Source of the DNA: an uncultured Candidatus Binatia bacterium
GTDB lineage: Bacteria > Desulfobacterota > Binatia > HRBIN30 > CADEER01
NCBI GenBank assembly: GCA_964475125.1
Contig: CAYYWP010000002.1
Coordinates: 2,036 to 66,035, forward strand
Length of the DNA: 64,000 nucleotides
Direction: 5' to 3'
Part shown: positions 19,350-29,518 of the stretch, piece by piece
Position numbering within the stretch: position 1 is the stretch's first letter
Layout: every line of letters begins with the position of its first letter
Translations under genes and position numbers: made by a program
The notes under the pieces: generated by a model
Told to the model about the DNA's origin: nothing
Database searches by the model: none
What the model saw: only the letters and a program-made list of their open reading frames with translations

Positions 19350-21187
19350 AGAAGTCTGCGGCCCGCAGCACATCCGCACCGCCGGCAGCGCGCGCCGCCC
19401 GCAAGCCGCGGGCGACGCCCAAAGCCTCGAAGACGTCGCGCGCGCGAACCGCGGTGGCGATCGATCCGATCCGCGTCTCGGTGATCGACAACCGCCTCGA
19501 CGCGATCTCGAAGGAGATCGGTCTGACGATGCTGCGGACGTCGCGCTCACCGATCTTTTCCGAGGCGCGCGATTTCGTCACCGGGATCTTCGACGGGCAG
19601 ATGCGACTGGTGGCGCAGACGGCGTACATCCCGGTGCTGATGGGCACGCTGCCGTACGCGATCCGCGGCATCGTCGACACCTTCGGCGACGATATCGAAG
19701 ACGGCGACGTGTTCATCCTCAACGATCCCTACCGCGGCAACAACCATCCGCCGGACATCACGATCGCCAAGCCGGTGTTCTATCGCGGCAGGCTGGAATT
19801 CTGGTCCATCTGCAAGGGCCACCACGCCGACGTCGGGGGCGGAGGCGTGGCCGGCTACAACCCAGGGGCGCGCAGTGTCTACGACGAGTGCACGCGCATT
19901 CCGCCGGCGAAGTTCTACATCGCGGGCAGGCTGAACCGCAGCCTGCTCGACATGTTCCTCAGTAATCTCCGCCTCGGCTTCATCGTCGAGGGCGATTTGC
20001 ACTGCCAGGTCGGCGCGGTGACGATCGGCGCCCGCAACCTCACCGCGTTGCTCGACAAGTACGGCCCCGACGTGCTGCACGCCGCGATCGAGCGCATCTT
20101 CGACGCCTCGGAACAGCAGCTGCGCGCGGCGATCGCGAAAGTGCCTCCAGGCGTGTACCGCGCCGAGCGGCTGATTGATCATGATGGCATCGACAAGAGT
20201 CAGATGAAGCATGTGCGCGTCGCCGTCGAGGTGCGCGGGTCGTCCATTCGCTTCGATTTCACCGGCAGCGATTCGCAGGCCGCGGGCTACATCAACAGCA
20301 CGCTGCCGAACACCGTGTCATCGGCCTATCTCTCGCTGTTTCTCTCGATCGGCTCGGGCCTGCGTTTCAACGAGGGCGCGATGCGCGCCTTGAGCGTCAT
20401 CGCGCCGCCCGGCACCGTGGTGCATGCCTTGGAGCCGGCGCCGGTGGCCGGCTGCACGATTTCGGCGGCGCAATGCATCATCGAGGCGGTGTGGCTCGCA
20501 CTCGCGCAGGCGGTGCCCGAGCAGGTCGACGCGGGCTGGGCGCGCTGGTGCGCGCCGGCGACGATGGGGCTCAATCCGCGCACCGGGCGTCCGTTCGGCG
20601 ATATCCATTTCATGTGCAAGGGCGGTGGCGGGGCCTCGTTCGGTCTCGACGGCTGGGACCACCTGGGCACGGTGGTCTGCGCCGGCGGCTTGCGCGCGCC
20701 GGATCCGGAACTGCACGAACTCGTCAATCCGTACACCGTATTGCAGTACGAGTACTGGCCCGACAGCGCCGGCGCGGGCCAATGGCGCGGCGGCCTGGGC
20801 ACGATCTATCGCTGGCGCGTCGAGACCGACAAGATCGCGGCGGCGAATTTCGGCGGCGGCAATCGCGCCGAAACGGCGCCGTACGGGTTGCAGGGCGGCA
20901 GGTCCGCGCCGCCGCACGAGCTGTTTCTGCGCCAGGGCGACGAAGTCGTCACGGTCGACGCCGAGAGCTTCTACGATCTCGACACCGGTGACGTGTTCGA
21001 GATCTACCAGAGCGGCGGCGGCGGCTACGGCGATCCGCTGGCGCGGCCGGTCGAGAAAGTCCGCGAGGACGTGATCAACGGGGTGGTATCGGTAGACGGC
21101 GCGCGCGGCGACTACGGCGTCGTGATCGATCCGGAGACGCTGCAGGTCGATCGCCTCGCGACGCAGCGCGTGCGCGCGCAGCCATGA
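19346..21187 (+). CDS. hyuB: hydantoinase B / oxoprolinase family subunit
   Basis: AGGAGGGGGG RBS before the ATG. After a 37-aa basic N-terminal extension the sequence is a typical HyuB (DPIRVSVIDNRLDAISKEIG...). 613 aa. Confidence 0.9.
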   Translation: MKKSAARSTSAPPAARAARKPRATPKASKTSRARTAVAIDPIRVSVIDNRLDAISKEIGLTMLRTSRSPIFSEARDFVTGIFDGQMRLVAQTAYIPVLMGTLPYAIRGIVDTFGDDIEDGDVFILNDPYRGNNHPPDITIAKPVFYRGRLEFWSICKGHHADVGGGGVAGYNPGARSVYDECTRIPPAKFYIAGRLNRSLLDMFLSNLRLGFIVEGDLHCQVGAVTIGARNLTALLDKYGPDVLHAAIERIFDASEQQLRAAIAKVPPGVYRAERLIDHDGIDKSQMKHVRVAVEVRGSSIRFDFTGSDSQAAGYINSTLPNTVSSAYLSLFLSIGSGLRFNEGAMRALSVIAPPGTVVHALEPAPVAGCTISAAQCIIEAVWLALAQAVPEQVDAGWARWCAPATMGLNPRTGRPFGDIHFMCKGGGGASFGLDGWDHLGTVVCAGGLRAPDPELHELVNPYTVLQYEYWPDSAGAGQWRGGLGTIYRWRVETDKIAAANFGGGNRAETAPYGLQGGRSAPPHELFLRQGDEVVTVDAESFYDLDTGDVFEIYQSGGGGYGDPLARPVEKVREDVINGVVSVDGARGDYGVVIDPETLQVDRLATQRVRAQP

Positions 21188-21258
21188 GCGCGGGCGCCGG
21201 CGGCGACCGCGCCGCGCGCCTGGTCTACGGCAACGCCGCAAGGAAAGGGGGAGCCGGG

Positions 21259-22881
21259 ATGAGCGAAGACATCCGCGACGCCGAACGGCAGGTATTCGAG
21301 ACCGGCTCCGGCATACCGATCGAGGAACTCTACGATGCCGGTGCCCTCGGCGGGTTCGATCCGGCGCGCGACCTCGGCGTGCCCGGCGAGTTTCCGTTCA
21401 CGCGCGGGCCCTACGCGGGCATGTACCGCACGCGCATCTGGACGCGCCGTTTCCAGGTCGGTTTCGGATCCCCGCAGGAATCCAACCAGCGTATCCGTTT
21501 TCTGCACCAGCACGGCGCCAACGGCTTCGTGATCACCATTGATCTGCCGACCTCCTACGGCTTCGATTCCGACGATGCCATCGCGGAGGGCGAGGTGGGC
21601 GTCACCGGTGTCGCGATCAGCACGCTGGAGGACATGCACGCGCTGTACGACGGTTTCGGGCCCGACAAGGTGTCCTATGCGCTGTCGATCCGCCCGCCGG
21701 TGTCAAGCGTGACGCTCGCCATGCTCGCCTGTGTCGCGGAAGACAAGGGCGTGCCGCTCGCCGCGGTGATCGGCACGCAGCAGAACGACCCCTTCTTCCA
21801 GATGAGCGGCGGGCCGCTGCAGACGATCACGCAGTTCTTTCCGCTCGACGGCACCATTCGCCTGTGCCTCGACAATATCGAGTTCATCTCGCAGCGCATG
21901 CCGCGCCTGAACTGGATGGTGACCAACGGCTACAACCTGCGCGAGACCGGCGTCAACGCCGTGGAAGACGGGGCCTTCACGCTGGCCCACGCCTTCGACA
22001 TTTTCCGCCTGGCGCGGGCGCGTGGACTCGACGTCAACGAATTCCCCAAGCGCGCCTCGTTCTTTCTCTCCGCATCGATCGATTTCTTCGAAGAGGTCGC
22101 CAAGTTCCGCGCCATGCGCCGGCTCTATGCGCGCACCATGCGCGACGATCTCGGTGCCACCGACGAGTCCTGCTGGCGCATGCGCTTTTCGGTGCAGACG
22201 GCCGGCAACACGCTCACCACGCAGCAGCCGGAGATCAACATCGTGCGCGCCGGGGTCGAGGCGATGGCGGCGGTGTTCGGCGGCGCGCAGTCGATTCATC
22301 TCTGCTCCTACGACGAAGGACACGGCCTGCCGACCGAAGAGTCCTCGCGCATCGCGCTGCGCACGCAGCAGGTGATCGCCTACGAAACCGGTGTGACGCG
22401 CACCGTCGATCCGCTGGCCGGTTCCTATTTCGTCGAGCAACTGACCAACCGGCTGGAAGCCGAGATCGCGGCGAAGATCGCGGAGATCGATGCGATGGGC
22501 GGCATGGCCCAGGCGATCCGCGAGGGTTGGCTGGAGCGGCAGATCAACGCGGCGCGGTACCGCAACCAGCGCGATCTCGACAGCGGGCGGCGCACGCTGG
22601 TGGGTGTCAATCGCTTTACCATACCGCCGAGCGAGGAGCGGCCCGTGTCGGTGCACAAGATTCGCGCCGACGAGTGGGGCGCGAAACGCGTGGACTATCT
22701 TCGCGCCTACCGCGCGGCGCGCGACGGCGACCGCTGGAACGCGGCCCTGGCGCAGATCGCCCACTCGTGGAAGAGCGGCGCGAACATGGTGCCGGCGATC
22801 ATGAACGCATTGCGGTGCCAGGCGACGATGGGTGAGATCCACGAAGCGATGCGCCGCGCGCAGTCGTGGACCTTTCGTTGA
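21259..22881 (+). CDS. acyl-CoA mutase large (substrate-binding TIM-barrel) subunit. Not a canonical methylmalonyl-CoA mutase.
   Basis: [59 protein letters not shown]...[31 protein letters not shown] is colinear with the MCM alpha N-terminal domain. The MCM substrate residues Tyr89/Arg207 appear replaced ([15 protein letters not shown]). Start set at the ATG that follows the AAGGGGGAG RBS; the ORF track starts at 21184. Confidence 0.8.
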   Translation: MSEDIRDAERQVFETGSGIPIEELYDAGALGGFDPARDLGVPGEFPFTRGPYAGMYRTRIWTRRFQVGFGSPQESNQRIRFLHQHGANGFVITIDLPTSYGFDSDDAIAEGEVGVTGVAISTLEDMHALYDGFGPDKVSYALSIRPPVSSVTLAMLACVAEDKGVPLAAVIGTQQNDPFFQMSGGPLQTITQFFPLDGTIRLCLDNIEFISQRMPRLNWMVTNGYNLRETGVNAVEDGAFTLAHAFDIFRLARARGLDVNEFPKRASFFLSASIDFFEEVAKFRAMRRLYARTMRDDLGATDESCWRMRFSVQTAGNTLTTQQPEINIVRAGVEAMAAVFGGAQSIHLCSYDEGHGLPTEESSRIALRTQQVIAYETGVTRTVDPLAGSYFVEQLTNRLEAEIAAKIAEIDAMGGMAQAIREGWLERQINAARYRNQRDLDSGRRTLVGVNRFTIPPSEERPVSVHKIRADEWGAKRVDYLRAYRAARDGDRWNAALAQIAHSWKSGANMVPAIMNALRCQATMGEIHEAMRRAQSWTFR

Positions 22882-22899
22882 CGGAGCGGAGAGCGACCG

Positions 22900-23304
22900 A
22901 TGAGCACGCCGAAGCGGATCCTGCTGGCCAAGATGGGGCTCGACTGCCACGACACCGGAGTGGCGACGGTGGCGCATCAGCTGCGCGAGCACGGCTTCGA
23001 GGTGATCTACCTCGGCCTGCACAATTCGGCCGCACAGGTGATCCGGGCCGCGGTGGAGGAGAACGTCGACCTGATCGGCGTGTCCTTTCTCTCCGGTCAG
23101 CACATGGCGCAGGTGCGGGCGCTGCTGAGAGAAATGAAAGCGGCGAACGTCGACCGACCCGTGATCTGCGGCGGCGTGATTCCGGAGGACGATGCCGCGG
23201 ACCTGCGCGCCGCCGGTGTGGCCGAGGTGATCCGGCCCGGCGCGCTGACCGGCGAGATCATCGAGTGCGTCCACCGCGCGCTCGCCAGTGCGCGCGCGGC
23301 ATGA
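22900..23304 (+). CDS. acyl-CoA mutase small subunit (cobalamin-binding domain)
   Basis: MSTPKRILLAKMGLDCHDTGVATVAHQLREHGFEVIYLG...DLIGVSFLSGQHM. This is the DxHxxG B12-binding Rossmann domain. 134 aa. Confidence 0.9.
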   Translation: MSTPKRILLAKMGLDCHDTGVATVAHQLREHGFEVIYLGLHNSAAQVIRAAVEENVDLIGVSFLSGQHMAQVRALLREMKAANVDRPVICGGVIPEDDAADLRAAGVAEVIRPGALTGEIIECVHRALASARAA

Positions 23305-24923
23305 CCCTCGACGAGATCGTCGCGCGCAACGCGCGGCGCTACCCGGCGAAGCCAGCCTTCGTCATCGGATCGATCGCACGCAGCTGGGCCGAGACCGAAC
23401 GGCGGGTCGCGCGTCTCGCCGGATCGCTGCGCGCGCAGGGTCTGCGCGGCGGCGATCGCGTGGCGGTGCTGTTGCCCAACTGCATCGAGTATTTCGAGAT
23501 CTACTTGGCCTGCGCGCGCGCCGGCCTCGTCGCAGTGCCGCTCAACTATCGCCTGACCGGGCGCGAACTGGGCGCGATTCTCGCCCATGCCGATGCCGCG
23601 TTGATGATCGTCGGCGCGGACTATCTCGAGCCCTATCTGGCCGTGCGCGATCTGCTGCCGAGTGTGCCGGTGCCGTGCGTCGTCGGCGAGCGGACGATCG
23701 CCGGCGGGGCGCGTTTCGAGCCCTGGGCCACCGGAGAGGGGCCGACGCGGGTGCGCAGTGAGGCAGCGGAGACCGATTGCTGTGCGATTTTTTACACCAG
23801 CGGCACCACCGGTCCGCCGAAAGGCGCGATGGTCTCGCATCTCAATCTCGAGATGAACGGCTACAACCAGGCGATCGCGGATGCGAGCCGGCGCGCGGAC
23901 GTGAATCTCGTCGCCGCGCCCGTTTACCACATGGGCGCGGTGTTCATGGCCGTGACCTACATGATGCTCGGCTGCACGCAGGTGATCCTGCCCGCCTTCG
24001 AGGCTGGCGCCTGGATGCGCACCCTGGCATCGCAGCGCGCCTCGGTGTCGCTGCTGGTCCCGACGATGATCAACGCGATTCTCAATGATCCCGGCTGCGC
24101 GGCCGCCGATCTCTCGTCGCTGCGCCTGATCTTCTATGGCGGCGGCCCGATGCCGCCGGCGGTGCTGGCGCGCGCGCTGCGGCGCTTCGACTGCGCCTTC
24201 ACGCAGGGGTACGGCCTCACGGAAACGCTGGAGGCCACCTTCCTCACCGCCGAGGATCATGTGCCGGATGGCACCCCGCTCCAGCAGGCGCGCCTCGCAT
24301 CGGTCGGCCGCGAAGCGGTGGGTGCAGAAGTCCGCATCGTCGATGAGCGCGGCGACGATCTCCCGCCTAACGACGTCGGCGAGATTCTGGTGCGCAGCCG
24401 CAGCGTCATCTCGGGGTACTGGCGCATGCTTGAGGCCACGCGCGAGGCGATTCGCGACGGCTGGTTTCATACCGGCGATCTCGGGTACCTCGACGCCGAC
24501 CGTTATCTGTTCCTCGTCGACCGCAAGAAGGACATGGTCGTCAGCGGCGGGGTGAACATCTACACGAAGGAGATCGAGGCGGTGCTCTACCAGCACCCCG
24601 CCGTGCTGGAAGCGGCGATCATCGGGCTACCGGACGAGACCTGGGGCGAGAGCGTGACGGCGGTGGTCGCCCTGCGACCCGGCATGACGGTTTCTGAACC
24701 GGCCTTGATCGAATACTGTCGCGGTGCGCTGGCGAGTTACAAGAAACCGCGCGCGGTGCACTTTCTGCCCGAACTGCCGAAGAACCCCAGCGGCAAGATT
24801 CTCAAGCGCGAACTGCGCGCCCTCTTCGCGGGCAACACCGCCACGTCGTCCCCGCTGCCGCTCGCCGCGGCGGGTGGCCGAAGGCCGGGCGAGGGCGCAG
24901 CCGACGGCGGGCCACGCGCATGA
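23302..24923 (+). CDS. AMP-dependent acyl-CoA synthetase/ligase
   Basis: AMP-binding motifs YTSGTTGPPKGAMVSH, GYGLTETLEA, GWFHTGDLGYLDADRYLFLVDRKKDMVVSGGVNIY, PSGKILKRELR. The ATG overlaps the preceding stop (ATGA). Confidence 0.9.
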
Positions 24924-26716
24924 GCGCCCTGTACGACCCGCCGCGCGAAGAACAGCAGTTCCTGCTCGAACGGGTCAACGCCATCGATGACCTGCTCGCG
25001 CTGGCGTCGTTCGCGCATGCCGATGGCGACCTCGTGCGCGCGGTGCTCGACAGCGGCGCGGCATTTGCGCGCGATGTGCTCGTTCCCTTGGGCGCCGCCG
25101 GTGACGCCGAGGGCAGCCGCCTCGAGGCGGGGCGGGTGAAAACGCCGTGCGGGTTCCCGGCGGCGTATCGGGCCTACGCGAGCGCCGGCTGGCCCGGTGT
25201 CGATCTGCCGCTCGATCACGGCGGGCAGGCCCTGCCGCTGTCCGCGCAGGTGGCGTTCGCGGAGATGGTCAACGGCGCCAGCGTCCCCTTCGGCATGCTC
25301 ACCGTGCAGCTGCGCGCCGCCACGCACCTGCTGATCGAACATGCCGACGCGGCGCTGGCGGCGCGCATCGTACCGCCGCTGGCGCGCGGTGAATGGGCGG
25401 CGACGATCTGCATCACCGAGGCGGAAGCCGGCTCCGACGTCGGACGCATTCGTACGCTCGCGGCGCCGCGCGCCGACGGCAGCTACGTGGTCAGCGGCGC
25501 CAAGATGTTCATCAGCTTCGGCGATCATGACTGCGCGCCGCAGATCATTCACCTGCTGCTCGCGCGCACGCCGGGCGCGCCGGCCGGGACGCAGGGCCTC
25601 AGTCTGTTCGCCGTGCCGTCGCGCCGCTTCGCTGACCAGACACCGAACGCGATTGCGGTGAGCCGCATCGAGCACAAGATGGGCCTGCGCGCATCGCCCA
25701 CCTGCGCCTTGCAGTTCGACGGCGCGACCGCCTATCGCATCGGCGCCGAAGGGCAGGGCCTCAAGTGCCTGTTCACGATGGTGAACCTGATGCGGCTCGA
25801 AGTGGCGGTACAGGGCGTGGCGCTCGCGGAAGCCGCCACCCAGCGGGCCGTGTCGTACGCCGCCGAACGCCGGCAGGGCGGTCCCGCAGACGCGCCGCCG
25901 CTGCCGATCGACGCGCACGCCGACGTGCAGCGCATGCTCCTCGTCATGCGGGCGCGGACGAATGCGATGCGCGCGTTGGTGTTCCACGCCGCGCGTTGCC
26001 TGGATCTGGCCCGCGCCTCGCCCGAGGCGAACGGTCGCGCCCGCGCGCGCGCGCTGGCCGAGTTGCTGCTGCCGGTGTGCAAGACCGGCGGGGCGGAGAC
26101 GGCGTTCGACGTGGCCAGCCTGGCGGTGCAGGTGTTCGGCGGTCACGGCTATATCTGCGACAATGGCGTAGAGGGACTGCTGCGCGATAGCCGGGTCATG
26201 GCGATCTACGAAGGGACGTCCGGGATTCAGTCCTTCGATCTGCTCGCGCGCAAGGTGCTGCGCAACCAGGGCGAGCGGTACGCGGTGCTGATCGATGCCA
26301 TGCGCGCGGACGTCGCGCGCCATCGCGCCACGCCCCCGCTCGTCGACATCGCGGCGGGGCTCGACGAGGCGATCGCGCGCCTCGACGCCTGCACCGCGCG
26401 GCTGCGCGATCGGGCGCCGACCGATGCGCGCGCCGTCGAGTGGGCGGCCACCGACTATCTGCAGTTGACCGCACTGGTGTGCGGTGCGTGGATGTGGCTG
26501 CGCATGGCCGCGGCGGCGAACACCGGCAGCGCCGCCGATGCGGACCGCCGCCGCCTGGCGCGGTTCTACGGCGCCTGGCTGTTACCGCAGGTGGCCGTGC
26601 ACGAGGCGCGGATCAGGCTGGGGGATCCCATGGGTGAGGCGGCGACCAGTTCCTCTCCCGCCGCCCCTCGGCGGCGCGCCGGCGAGGGGAACATCCCAGG
26701 GAGCAGGGCGAGATGA
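24920..26716 (+). CDS. acyl-CoA dehydrogenase, long form (about 600 aa) with a C-terminal extension
   Basis: ACAD middle and C-terminal domains (ATICITEAEAGSDVGRIRTLA, GAKMFISFGDHD, QVFGGHGYICDNGVEGLLRDSRVMAIYEGTSGIQ). Confidence 0.85.
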   Translation: MSALYDPPREEQQFLLERVNAIDDLLALASFAHADGDLVRAVLDSGAAFARDVLVPLGAAGDAEGSRLEAGRVKTPCGFPAAYRAYASAGWPGVDLPLDHGGQALPLSAQVAFAEMVNGASVPFGMLTVQLRAATHLLIEHADAALAARIVPPLARGEWAATICITEAEAGSDVGRIRTLAAPRADGSYVVSGAKMFISFGDHDCAPQIIHLLLARTPGAPAGTQGLSLFAVPSRRFADQTPNAIAVSRIEHKMGLRASPTCALQFDGATAYRIGAEGQGLKCLFTMVNLMRLEVAVQGVALAEAATQRAVSYAAERRQGGPADAPPLPIDAHADVQRMLLVMRARTNAMRALVFHAARCLDLARASPEANGRARARALAELLLPVCKTGGAETAFDVASLAVQVFGGHGYICDNGVEGLLRDSRVMAIYEGTSGIQSFDLLARKVLRNQGERYAVLIDAMRADVARHRATPPLVDIAAGLDEAIARLDACTARLRDRAPTDARAVEWAATDYLQLTALVCGAWMWLRMAAAANTGSAADADRRRLARFYGAWLLPQVAVHEARIRLGDPMGEAATSSSPAAPRRRAGEGNIPGSRAR

Positions 26717-27915
26717 CAGAGGCATCCATTCCGTACGGTGCGTACTGGTGCACGCCGTTCGCGCGCTGGCAGGGCAGCCTGGCGCATCTGCACAGTGTCG
26801 AATTGGCCGCCCACGTCGCCACGCAGGCGCTCGCGGCGCGCCAGATTCCGCTCGCGGCGATCGACCACGGCATCCTCGGCATGTCGGTGCCGCAGCGCGG
26901 CTGTTTCTACGGCGTGCCGTGGTTGACCGGCCTGATGGGCGCCGCCGATGTCGGCGGTCCGACGATTTCGCAGGCCTGCGCGACGAGCGCCCGCGTGCTG
27001 ATGGCGGCGCAGCAGGAGATCACCGGTGGCAGCGCCGACTGCGTGCTCGCGATCACCGCCGATCGCGTGTCGAACGGCCCGCACATCTACTACCCGAACC
27101 CACTCGGTCCCGGCGGGCGCGGCGACACCGAGGACTGGGTCATGTCGAATTTCGAGCGCGACCCCTTCGCCGGATGCGACATGACCTTCACCGCCGAGCA
27201 CTGCGCCGAGAAGTGGAAGGTGTCGACGCCGGAGCAACATGCGATCGCGCTGCGCCGTTACGAGCAGTACCTCGACGCGACGAAGGTGGTCGACGGGGTC
27301 TCTTTTCAGCAGCGTTACATGACGCTGCCCTTTGCCGTGCCCGATGCGCGCTTCACGCGGACCGTCGCCACGCTGCACGGCGACGAGGGCGTGCACGCGA
27401 CGACCGCCGATGGTCTGGCGAAACTGCGGCCGGTGAAGGACGGCGGCACCGTCACCTATGGGGGCCAGACGCATCCCGCCGACGGCAACGCGGGGATGAT
27501 CGTCACCACGGCGGAGCGCGCCCGGGCACTCGCGCCGGCAGGCAGTCCGCGCATCGCGCTGCGCGGCTTCGGGCAGGCGCGGGTCGAGAAGGCGTGGATG
27601 CCCTCGGCCCCGGTGCCGGCGACGAGGCGCGCGCTGGCGGCGGTCGGGGTGGGCATCACCGACATCGCGGCGATCAAGTCGCACAACCCGTTCGCGGTCA
27701 ATGATGCGGTGTTTGCGCGCGAGTTCGGCATCGACGTGATGGCGATGAACAATTACGGCTGCTCGCTGGTCTACGGACATCCGCAGGGCCCCACCGGCAT
27801 GCGCGCCGTCATCGAGCTGATCGAGGAACTGGTCTTGCGCGGTGGCGGACTGGGGTTGTTCCAGGGCTGTGCGGCGGGCGATACCGCCATGGCGGTGGTG
27901 ATCGAGGTGGCATGA
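26713..27915 (+). CDS. thiolase family acetyl-CoA C-acyltransferase
   Basis: Thiolase N- and C-domain signatures: active-site Cys region GPTISQACATSARVLMAAQQ, then NNYGCSLVYGHPQGPTGMRAV..GCAAGDTAMAVVIE. 400 aa. Confidence 0.85.
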   Translation: MTEASIPYGAYWCTPFARWQGSLAHLHSVELAAHVATQALAARQIPLAAIDHGILGMSVPQRGCFYGVPWLTGLMGAADVGGPTISQACATSARVLMAAQQEITGGSADCVLAITADRVSNGPHIYYPNPLGPGGRGDTEDWVMSNFERDPFAGCDMTFTAEHCAEKWKVSTPEQHAIALRRYEQYLDATKVVDGVSFQQRYMTLPFAVPDARFTRTVATLHGDEGVHATTADGLAKLRPVKDGGTVTYGGQTHPADGNAGMIVTTAERARALAPAGSPRIALRGFGQARVEKAWMPSAPVPATRRALAAVGVGITDIAAIKSHNPFAVNDAVFAREFGIDVMAMNNYGCSLVYGHPQGPTGMRAVIELIEELVLRGGGLGLFQGCAAGDTAMAVVIEVA

Positions 27916-29453
27916 TGAGCGCGCCGCGCCGTTATCCGACGGTGGTGCACATGCTGATCGACGCGGCGGCGCGCGCGCCGGAGCGCGAAGCGCTGGTGTG
28001 CGGTGCGGAACGCCTCAGTTACGCCGACTACCTGCGCTGCGCCTGCGGCCTCGCCGGCGAGCTGAACGAAGTCGGCGTTGCCGGCGAGCGCGTCGCCTTC
28101 ATCCTCGGCAACTCGCTCGATATCTGCATCGCCTACTTCGGCGTGCACTTGGCGCGGGCCCAGATTGTACCGCTGAATCCGCTCTATACGGCCAGTGAAC
28201 TGGCGCCGATGCTGGAAGACGCCGCGCCGCGCGTGCTGATCTTCGATTCCGCCAATCGCGAGCGTGATACGGCGCTGGCGGCGACGCTCGGTATCCGCCA
28301 CACGCTGTGCATCGGCGGCGCGACCGATTGCCGGCGTCTCGCTCACCCGGCGGACTGGCCCGAGACGCGGTTGCCGGCCGACCTGCCGCGTGCCGACGAC
28401 CTCGGCACGCTGCAGTTCACCGGCGGCACCACGGGGCGCGCCAAGGGGGCCGACATCACGCACGGCGCGACCGCGACGAATATCGTGCAGCGCGAGCGGG
28501 TCTTTCCGATGCGCGACGATGTCGAGCGCTGCCTGTGCGTGATGCCGCTGTTCCACTGCTACGCCTCGCACATGAACCTGCACGCCATGGCCTATCACCG
28601 TGGCACGCTGGTGATTCTGCCGCGCTATCACCCGGCCGATGTGCTCGACGCGATGGCGCGCGAGCGCATCACGCTGTTCGGTGGCAGCCCGACGATTTTC
28701 GCCGGGCTCATGGGGTATGAGGGTTTCGCGGGCGCGGATTTCTCGCACCTGCACCTGTCGTCCTCGGGCGCCGCCGCGTTGCCGGCGGAACTGCTGGCGC
28801 GCTGGGAGGCGCGCACCGGCACGCCGATCGTTGAGGGGTTCGGGCAGACCGAGGCCGGCCCCGTGATCGCGTTCAATCCGGCGAACGGGGTGCGCAAGCC
28901 CGGCTCCGTCGGCATCCCGATCGCCGATACCGAGCTGCAGATCGTCGATAGCGAAACCGGCAGGCGCGTCCTTGCGGCCGGCCAGCACGGCGAGATCCGC
29001 GTGCGCGGTCCGCAGTTGATGCGCGGCTATCGAAACCGGCCGACGGAGACGGCGGAGGCGCTGCGCGAGGGCTGGCTCTACACCGGCGACATCGGCGTGC
29101 TCGACGCCGACGGGTACCTCTACATCACGGGGCGTCGCAAGGAAATGATCCTGGTCTCGGGCTACAACGTGTTTCCGCGCGAGATCGAGGAAGTGCTGCT
29201 CGCGCATCCCGCCGTCGCGGAAGCGGCGGTCGCCGGCAGGCCCGATGCGTACCGCGGCGAGTTGCCGCTGGCGTTCGTGGCCTTGCGCGCGCCGGCGGAT
29301 AGCGATGCGCTGCGCGACTGGTGCGCCGCGCGGCTGGCGCCGTACAAGATTCCCGCCGAATTCCGCGTGCTCGATTCGCTGCCCAAGACGGCGGCGGGCA
29401 AGCTCGACAAGCTGGCGCTGACGCGCGAGGCGCGCGTGTCTGCCGCTGGCTGA
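27912..29453 (+). CDS. AMP-dependent acyl-CoA synthetase/ligase, second copy
   Basis: LQFTGGTTGRAKGADITH, GFGQTEAGPVIAFNP, GWLYTGDIGVLDADGYLYITGRRKEMILVSGYNVFPREIE, AAGKLDKLAL. Confidence 0.9.
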   Translation: MMSAPRRYPTVVHMLIDAAARAPEREALVCGAERLSYADYLRCACGLAGELNEVGVAGERVAFILGNSLDICIAYFGVHLARAQIVPLNPLYTASELAPMLEDAAPRVLIFDSANRERDTALAATLGIRHTLCIGGATDCRRLAHPADWPETRLPADLPRADDLGTLQFTGGTTGRAKGADITHGATATNIVQRERVFPMRDDVERCLCVMPLFHCYASHMNLHAMAYHRGTLVILPRYHPADVLDAMARERITLFGGSPTIFAGLMGYEGFAGADFSHLHLSSSGAAALPAELLARWEARTGTPIVEGFGQTEAGPVIAFNPANGVRKPGSVGIPIADTELQIVDSETGRRVLAAGQHGEIRVRGPQLMRGYRNRPTETAEALREGWLYTGDIGVLDADGYLYITGRRKEMILVSGYNVFPREIEEVLLAHPAVAEAAVAGRPDAYRGELPLAFVALRAPADSDALRDWCAARLAPYKIPAEFRVLDSLPKTAAGKLDKLALTREARVSAAG

Positions 29454-29518
29454 GACCATCCGAGGTGAGCGTTGCCGGCCTCGGTTCAAGCGATGCCCGA
29501 CGGGCACTGACGACGGCC